64,000 nt of DNA from an uncultured SAR86 cluster bacterium (GTDB taxonomy: Bacteria > Pseudomonadota > Gammaproteobacteria > Magnimaribacterales > TMED112): the NCBI GenBank assembly GCA_902526535.1, contig CABZLG010000004.1, forward strand, positions 1,815 through 65,814, written 5' to 3'. How positions within the stretch are numbered: the stretch's first letter is position 1; each line of letters opens with the position of its first letter. Below the pieces are notes generated by a model. It saw only the letters and a program-made list of their open reading frames with translations. It was not told the DNA's origin and searched no databases. Made by a program: the position numbers and the translations under genes. Below, piece after piece: positions 58,726-64,000 of the stretch.

Positions 58726-58801
58726 GCGTTAAACCCGATCGAGTTTAACTTCATTACTCCTGCAGATAAAAATGCAAAAAATTTTATTTTAAGGAGACTT
58801 T

Positions 58802-59779
58802 ATGAGCGATATTAAAACTTATGAATACATTTGGCTTGATGGTTTTAAACCCGAGCCTTCTATGAGGAGTAAAATTAAGGCAACAACCGAAGATTCTGCT
58901 CCTGAATGGTCCTTTGATGGATCTTCTACAGAACAAGCAGAAGGGAGCAGTTCAGACTGTTTGCTTCTTCCAGTTCAGACTTACGATAATCCAACTTTTT
59001 CTGACAAGCTAGTAATGTGCCAGGTACATGCTGCAGATCATACTGTTCATCCCTCAAATACAAGGGCAGCAGCTGAGGCAGTTGTAAAGGACGATTGGTG
59101 GTTTGGCTTTGAGCAAGAATATTTTTTTACGAATAAAGACGGGTCACCTCTTGGCTGGGAAGAAGGTGAACCCAGACCACAAGGTGATTATTATTGTGGA
59201 GTAGGTGCTGACAATGTTTCAGGCAGAGAAGTATCTGAGGCGCATCTTGAAGCATGTCTAGATGCTGGAATTAGCTTGACTGGAACAAACGCAGAAGTTG
59301 CTCTAGGTCAGTGGGAATACCAATGCTTTGGGAAAGGCATCAAAGCAGCAGATGATCTTTGGGTATCTAGATATCTTCTATTTAAAGTTGCTGAAGAATA
59401 TGGAGTAGGAGTGAATATTCATCCGAAGCCAAAAAAAGGTGATTGGAATGGTTCGGGTATGCATACGAACTTCTCAAATGAAGAAATGAGATCAAAGGGT
59501 TCGGAAGAGCTATTCTCTTCAATATGTGAAAAGTTAGGAAAAGTGCATCAGGATGGTATTGCAGCTTATGGTTCTGATAATGATCAAAGACTAACAGGAC
59601 TGCACGAAACTCAAAAGATTACAGAGTTTTCATATGGTGTTAGTGACAGAGGGGCTAGTATACGTATCCCTGTGTATACAGTTGAGCATGACTGGAATGG
59701 ATACTTGGAAGACAGAAGACCAGCTTCAAATGCCGATCCATATAAAATTCTTGCTCACATAGTAGGAACTTTAACTTAG
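58802..59779 (+). CDS. glnII: glutamine synthetase, type II (eukaryote-like, short form)
   Basis: 325 aa with a GSII-type N-terminus (YEYIWLDG...MRSK...WSFDGSSTEQAEGSSSD) and catalytic-domain motifs (FGFEQEYFF, HPKP..GDWNGSGMHTNFS, RGASIRIP). A strong AAGGAG SD lies 6 nt upstream. Confidence 0.9.
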   Translation: MSDIKTYEYIWLDGFKPEPSMRSKIKATTEDSAPEWSFDGSSTEQAEGSSSDCLLLPVQTYDNPTFSDKLVMCQVHAADHTVHPSNTRAAAEAVVKDDWWFGFEQEYFFTNKDGSPLGWEEGEPRPQGDYYCGVGADNVSGREVSEAHLEACLDAGISLTGTNAEVALGQWEYQCFGKGIKAADDLWVSRYLLFKVAEEYGVGVNIHPKPKKGDWNGSGMHTNFSNEEMRSKGSEELFSSICEKLGKVHQDGIAAYGSDNDQRLTGLHETQKITEFSYGVSDRGASIRIPVYTVEHDWNGYLEDRRPASNADPYKILAHIVGTLT

Positions 59780-59789
59780 TAAACTTTTT

Positions 59790-59816
59790 AGCCTTCTACT
59801 TAACCAGTGGAAGGCT
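59790..59816 (+). terminator. rho-independent terminator candidate for glnII
   Basis: An 11-bp stem, AGCCTTCTACT / AGTGGAAGGCT (one G-U pair), closes loop TAACC and is followed by TTCTTCTT. It starts 11 nt after the glnII stop and overlaps the 3' end of the convergent rhodanese gene. Confidence 0.55.
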
Positions 59817-60200
59817 TTCTTCTTGCCAAGAAAGAAGACCATGTTTGAGAAGATAAACCTTTTCTATACCTAACTTTTTCAACTCAACCCCCGCACTGCC
59901 AGAATCAATACCATTTTCAGAAACCACAATAAGCGCATTTTCTTTTTTTAATAAATGTTCTTGCTGTATGAACGCATCTTTTAATATATTTAAAGATCCA
60001 CTGATATGGCCAGTTTCAAAATCTTCCTTCTTTCTAATGTCCAAAAATTTTGCTTCACCACTGTTTATAAGTAAAACAGCTTCTGCTGGAGAAATTTTCT
60101 TACCCCCTTTATTGCTTTCATAAACCCACCAGCTTATTAAAGTTGCAATAAGTGGAATTGAAAAATACCATCTAGAAATTAAGAAATCGAACAAATCCAT
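59796..60200 (-). CDS. membrane-anchored rhodanese-homology domain protein lacking the catalytic cysteine
   Basis: 134 aa with an N-terminal TM helix and the rhodanese pattern (FLDIRKKEDFETGHISGSLNI). The active-site loop position reads VVSENGIDSGS, and the protein has no Cys at all. Confidence 0.7.
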   Translation of the reverse strand: MDLFDFLISRWYFSIPLIATLISWWVYESNKGGKKISPAEAVLLINSGEAKFLDIRKKEDFETGHISGSLNILKDAFIQQEHLLKKENALIVVSENGIDSGSAGVELKKLGIEKVYLLKHGLLSWQEESLPLVK

Positions 60201-60245
60201 ATAAAATCAATCTTAAGCTTATACAATATATTTAAATATACTCAA

Positions 60246-60860
60246 ATGGAAACAAATTATCTTGTTCTTGTAAGGCACGGCCAAAGTGCCTGGAATCAAA
60301 AAAATTTATTCACTGGATGGAAAGATCCAGGGTTAACAGAATTAGGTAAAGAAGAAGCATTAAATGCTGGCCAACAAATTAAAAAACAGAACATTAAATT
60401 TAATTTAGTTTTCACTTCTGCTTTAAAAAGAGCACAAGATACAGCTTCGATAATTCTAGAAGTAATTGAAGAAAGTAATATAATTTTTTTTAAAAATGAG
60501 GCACTAAACGAACGTGATTATGGTGACCTTACTGGATTTAATAAAGATATGGCTAGAAAAGAATTTGGTAAAGAACAAGTACGAATTTGGCGCAGATCTT
60601 ACACAGATGGTCCACCAAATGGTGAAAGTCTTGAAGATACATATAACAGAGTTATTCCCTACTTTGAAAATAAGATTATGCCTGCTTTACAAAAAAATAA
60701 GAATGTCATTATTTCTGCTCACGGCAATTCATTGAGAGCTTTGGTAAAATTTATTGAAGAAATATCTGAAGAGGAAATAGTGAAGTTAGAAATTGCAACA
60801 GGCGAGCCGATTTTTTATGAATTCAGTGAAAATAAATTGCAAAGAAAGCTCAGTTGGTAA
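60246..60860 (+). CDS. gpmA: 2,3-bisphosphoglycerate-dependent phosphoglycerate mutase (short form)
   Basis: 204 aa with LVRHGQSAWN (catalytic His), RAQDT, and SAHGNSLRAL (second His). Confidence 0.85.
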   Translation: METNYLVLVRHGQSAWNQKNLFTGWKDPGLTELGKEEALNAGQQIKKQNIKFNLVFTSALKRAQDTASIILEVIEESNIIFFKNEALNERDYGDLTGFNKDMARKEFGKEQVRIWRRSYTDGPPNGESLEDTYNRVIPYFENKIMPALQKNKNVIISAHGNSLRALVKFIEEISEEEIVKLEIATGEPIFYEFSENKLQRKLSW

Positions 60861-61800
60861 GCAAATAACAAAATGGTATAGGGCAAAGGGTCGGAATAAT
60901 TTGCCTTGGCGAGAAAATATAACTCCTTACAGAGTATGGATTTCTGAAATTATGTTACAGCAGACACAGGCTAAAACTGTAGTAAAATATTTTGAAAAAT
61001 TTATCTCCCGTTATCCTACTTTTGAAGATTTTAAATCTGCTTCCGAAGAGGACGTGCTTTCTCTTTGGAAAGGTTTAGGTTTTTATAGAAGAGCCAGTAA
61101 TTTGCACAAAGCAAAAGAAATAATCCTCAAGAAATTTAATGGAAAGCTGCCAAATTCTTTTGAAAATTTAATTACTCTTCCGGGCATTGGTAAATCCACT
61201 GCTGGAGCTATACTTTCAATAGCCTACAAGCTTCCATATCCAATACTTGATGCTAACGTAAAAAGAGTTTTAACACGATTATTCTTCAAAACTGATAGTT
61301 ATGAAAAAGAACTCTGGAATCTTTCAAGTCAGATACTTGATAAAAAAAATGTTGATGATTTTCAGCAAGGAATAATGGATTTAGGAGCAACTATATGTAC
61401 ACCAAAAAATACCTTATGTAGAGAATGTCCATTGAAAAAACAGTGTATATCGTTTTCCAAGGGGGCGTTACCAACTGTAAACGTCAAAAAAATTAATAAA
61501 AAAAATGTATATCTTGAATTCGAAATATATGAAAAAGATCAAAAAATATTTTTAATTAAAAATAATCAACTTGGTTTTTGGGATGGTTTATGGATTATGC
61601 CTATCGCAGAGACAAAAAAACTTAAGACAGAGCTTATTCATAAACTTTCTCATAGAAATTTACATATTTCATTTGCTAATAGATCAAAAGATGAATTAAA
61701 GAGTGAAGGAAAGTGGTTTGATATTGCGCAGTTAAGTAAACTTCCCACACCAAAACCAATATCTGATAAATTATCTGTATATGTCCAAAATTTTTTGTAA
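60793..61800 (+). CDS. mutY: A/G-specific adenine DNA glycosylase
   Basis: HhH-GPD motifs are present (LPWRE, VWISEIMLQQT, LPGIGKSTAGAI), as is the 4Fe-4S cluster loop (C..CxxCPLxxxC). The start is uncertain (ATG at 60793 or 60817). Both overlap the gpmA 3' end, and no in-frame start exists after 60860. Confidence 0.85.
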   Translation: MQQASRFFMNSVKINCKESSVGKQITKWYRAKGRNNLPWRENITPYRVWISEIMLQQTQAKTVVKYFEKFISRYPTFEDFKSASEEDVLSLWKGLGFYRRASNLHKAKEIILKKFNGKLPNSFENLITLPGIGKSTAGAILSIAYKLPYPILDANVKRVLTRLFFKTDSYEKELWNLSSQILDKKNVDDFQQGIMDLGATICTPKNTLCRECPLKKQCISFSKGALPTVNVKKINKKNVYLEFEIYEKDQKIFLIKNNQLGFWDGLWIMPIAETKKLKTELIHKLSHRNLHISFANRSKDELKSEGKWFDIAQLSKLPTPKPISDKLSVYVQNFL

Positions 61801-62044
61801 AAAATATCAAAAAGAACTAGATGCTTTAGATATTGCTCCAGTTCCTGGTGAGAAAGGTCAATATATAAAAGATAACTACTCCGCAAAAGCATGGTCTGAT
61901 TGGTTAGATCTGCAGACTATGCTTATCAACGAAAATCAACTAGATTTGTCGAATAAAGAGAACAGAAAATGGCTGAATGCTCAAATGGAAGGGTATCTTA
62001 ATAATGCTGACTATCAAAAACCCTCAGGTTATATACCTGAATAG
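61781..62044 (+). CDS. yggX: oxidative-damage protection / Fe(2+)-trafficking protein YggX
   Basis: 87 aa starting MSKIFCKKYQKELDALD..., with ..AWSDWLDLQTMLINE. The mutY-yggX order matches E. coli. Confidence 0.85.
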   Translation: MSKIFCKKYQKELDALDIAPVPGEKGQYIKDNYSAKAWSDWLDLQTMLINENQLDLSNKENRKWLNAQMEGYLNNADYQKPSGYIPE

Positions 62045-63154
62045 TTAAGAATTTTCGGCAAGTCTTAATGATGTTGAAGATATGTCGTCTCTGAATATCT
62101 GCTCATCAAATCCTGTAAAACGTTCTTTTATAAACTCAGGTACATCAATATCGGCTAAAGTAATAAACTTTTCATTTAATTTCCTACCAAAAACTAAGAA
62201 CTTATTATTATTCTCATTAAATATACTAAATTCGCTGAGCATATCCTTACGGCTAGGATAAAATCTCTCATCTAACATTCTGGTTAAAGTATCTGCTCCA
62301 ATTACAAAAGTAGACCCTTTAAACATTTTGGCTTTGTCAGGAAATTTACCTGCTTTGGTTAAAACCCAGCGATCTTTGTCTGTGAATTGAGATAAGGTAT
62401 CTTTGATGTGGTGATAGCTTAAAGGTGGCTTATCTGCATTCTGAATACAAATTTCAAAATAGGCTTTATCTCCAGTTTTTTTCTCAGCTAATTCCTGCAT
62501 TTTTCTATGGCCTTCGTGAATAGGATTAAATGTTCCAGGAAATATTAAATTTGGCTTTTTGTTATTTGAAGAAACGAATATAGAATCATCACTCATAAGA
62601 TCTATCCATTCCTTTTTGCCCTCAACTTTTTCTGCTTCAAACTCCTCTGAAATTTTTGGATATGGATATTCAAGTGCAGAAGACTCCGCAAGTAGAGCTA
62701 TAACAAATTCAGTAACAAGTGCTTCCTCCTCCTCTCTTGTTCTTTCGCCTTTTTTCAAAACACATGAAATATTTTTTGAATATGTTTCAGTCTGCAAAGC
62801 AATATGGAATCTATGCTCTCCTTTTTTCTCATAAGTTGTTGATAATGTAGCTGTAATTGCTACCCCAAAAAGTTTACTAACATCAGAGTTAGGATCTATT
62901 TTTTTAGCAGCACTGTAAGCTCTTGCTGCCATACGCAAAGTAGTATCTTTAGAGCAGTAAAAATCTGGTTTTCTAAGAAGATAAAAATCCAATGATTCTT
63001 TAGCGTAAGGAATATATGCTTCAAGAACAGAATTACTAGCACCAGGAACTTTTAGTAAAGTGCCAACCGCATTGCTCCCGCCTCCACTTGAAACAATTAC
63101 AAATTTAAAATCTGTCTTATGCAGTTCTTGTATTATTTTTAGATTATCTTTCAT
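62045..63154 (-). CDS. two-domain protein: N-terminal CinA/PncC-like domain fused to a C-terminal NadD/NMNAT-like nucleotidyltransferase domain
   Basis: 369 aa. The N-terminal part (VSSGGGSNAVGTLLKVPGASNSVLEAYIPYAKE; GVAITATLST) follows the CinA C-terminal-domain pattern. The C-terminal part has FPGTFNPIHEGH ((H/T)xGH) and a terminal ISSTSLR (ISSTxxR) motif. Confidence 0.6.
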   Translation of the reverse strand: MKDNLKIIQELHKTDFKFVIVSSGGGSNAVGTLLKVPGASNSVLEAYIPYAKESLDFYLLRKPDFYCSKDTTLRMAARAYSAAKKIDPNSDVSKLFGVAITATLSTTYEKKGEHRFHIALQTETYSKNISCVLKKGERTREEEEALVTEFVIALLAESSALEYPYPKISEEFEAEKVEGKKEWIDLMSDDSIFVSSNNKKPNLIFPGTFNPIHEGHRKMQELAEKKTGDKAYFEICIQNADKPPLSYHHIKDTLSQFTDKDRWVLTKAGKFPDKAKMFKGSTFVIGADTLTRMLDERFYPSRKDMLSEFSIFNENNNKFLVFGRKLNEKFITLADIDVPEFIKERFTGFDEQIFRDDISSTSLRLAENS

Positions 63155-63227
63155 TTTTCTACATTCACATTTTATCAGGAAGTTGTATTATATTGAGCTT
63201 GTTAATTTTTTTAAATTAATTTGGTTT

Positions 63228-63303
63228 GCCCAGATAGCTCAGTTGGTAGAGCAAAGGACTGAAAATCCTTGTGTCGGTAGTTCGATTCTACCTCTGGGCA
63301 CCA
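63228..63303 (+). tRNA. tRNA-Phe (anticodon GAA)
   Basis: The sequence is GCCCAGATAGCTCAGTTGGTAGAGCAAAGGACTGAAAATCCTTGTGTCGGTAGTTCGATTCTACCTCTGGGCACCA. It forms a cloverleaf with anticodon loop CTGAAAA, is close to E. coli tRNA-Phe, and encodes CCA. Confidence 0.95.
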
Positions 63304-63337
63304 TTAATATTAAGTTTAATTAAAGAGTCTTCGATTT

Positions 63338-63640
63338 TTAAAGAATTCTATCAGTAGAATATTCTACTTTGAATTCATCACATAAATTTCTAAGGTCTTC
63401 AACTGTAAATTTTTCCTCAAAATTAAATGCTTTCCAAAAACAACAGATAATAAACTTCGCCACATGTTTTTGATGAACTGTCATAAAATATTCATATTCA
63501 TCAGCTCCCCAAAATTCTTTTACGCCCTCTCCCAGATCGTGTTCGCAAAAATGTAGGTTGCCCTGTTTATCAAAATCACAATGAACGTTATGATTTATTT
63601 TTCCTAAATTACATTTAAATACTTGCATATTTTCCTCCAT
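63338..63640 (-). CDS. hypothetical Cys/His-containing protein
   Basis: 100-aa ORF (MEENMQVFKCNLGKINHNVHCDFDKQGNLHFCEHDLG...) with no recognisable family. The only support is ORF length in an AT-rich context. Confidence 0.4.
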   Translation of the reverse strand: MEENMQVFKCNLGKINHNVHCDFDKQGNLHFCEHDLGEGVKEFWGADEYEYFMTVHQKHVAKFIICCFWKAFNFEEKFTVEDLRNLCDEFKVEYSTDRIL

Positions 63641-63877
63641 AAATTACATGCCCATAATTAGGCAAATTGATGTGAGTAATGGGATTTGAAATAAGGATAT
63701 ATTTCTATCGTTACACCTTAATATATAAGGGTTTTATTAAGAAATTCAATGTTATTAGATATAATAATCATGTATGAAAAAATTTAAAATTCATTTAGCT
63801 ACCTACGCATCAAAAATCCTAGTATTTATTATGAATATTTATATGAAACATAAAGCCAAAGCGAAATAAAACTATCT

Positions 63878-64000
63878 ATGAATTACATAAATAATCGTTT
63901 TTTACTACATAAAAGACCAACTGGAATGCCTGAAGATAATTGTTGGGTTATGGATTCGGAAAAAATTTCTGAACTAAAAAAACAAGAGATTCTTATTAAG
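63878..64000 (+). CDS. NADP-dependent oxidoreductase of the medium-chain reductase family (YncB/CurA-like), N-terminal fragment running off the window end
   Basis: Hand translation gives MNYINNRFLLHKRPTGMPEDNCWVMDSEKISELKKQEILIK. This matches the N-terminal pattern of the alkenal/one oxidoreductase-like family (N.....L..RP.G.P....F). Confidence 0.55.
   Translation, partial: MNYINNRFLLHKRPTGMPEDNCWVMDSEKISELKKQEILIK

Noticed and set aside
58772-58792. Six-codon upstream ORF (MQKILF) in the glnII leader, whose stop overlaps the Shine-Dalgarno.
   Set aside because: It has no SD of its own and is too short to distinguish from chance in AT-rich sequence. I mention it only as something to keep in mind when dissecting the riboswitch expression platform.
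63304-63340. Possible att-type direct repeat of the tRNA-Phe 3' end (TTCGATT at about 63324-63330).
   Set aside because: Only 7 nt match, which is not distinguishable from chance, and no integrase is present.

Overview
This is an AT-rich, very gene-dense chromosomal segment. Many neighbouring genes overlap by 1-30 nt, and several intergenic gaps are under 50 bp. I saw no transposase, integrase, CRISPR array, rRNA or recognisable defence genes. Gene order matches E. coli/Pseudomonas-type gammaproteobacteria: gmk-rpoZ-spoT, rph-pyrE, pepP-ubiH, mutY-yggX, priA/rpmE, tsaD/rpsU, tyrS/M23/anmK/erpA, thiE-hemL, ubiC-ubiA and yqiB-yqiA. With the low G+C and compaction, this suggests a streamlined marine gammaproteobacterium, possibly SAR86-like; that is inference, not a database result. 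I call about 75 CDS, 3 tRNAs (Ala-UGC, Ile-GAU, Phe-GAA), one glutamine riboswitch and one terminator. Most genes are housekeeping. Five things deserve a second look. (1) A same-strand locus at 8.0-16.6 kb has a small exported His/CXXCH protein, a TonB-dependent receptor with five His/Asp/Glu-rich insertions, a second TonB-dependent receptor, an e(P4)/class-B acid phosphatase, a PhoA alkaline phosphatase and a TLC/Npt-like MFS carrier. It may be an organophosphate/nucleotide plus metal harvesting system. (2) A glutamine riboswitch (glnA RNA motif) sits in front of a type II glutamine synthetase. (3) Zinc-independent forms of DksA (CxxT...CxxV) and ribosomal protein L31 (no Cys) occupy the canonical loci. 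(4) One ORF fuses a CinA/PncC-like domain to a NadD/NMNAT-like domain. (5) One ORF fuses an alpha/beta-hydrolase to a polytopic membrane domain. All family assignments come from reading motifs and synteny by eye. None has been confirmed by a search.
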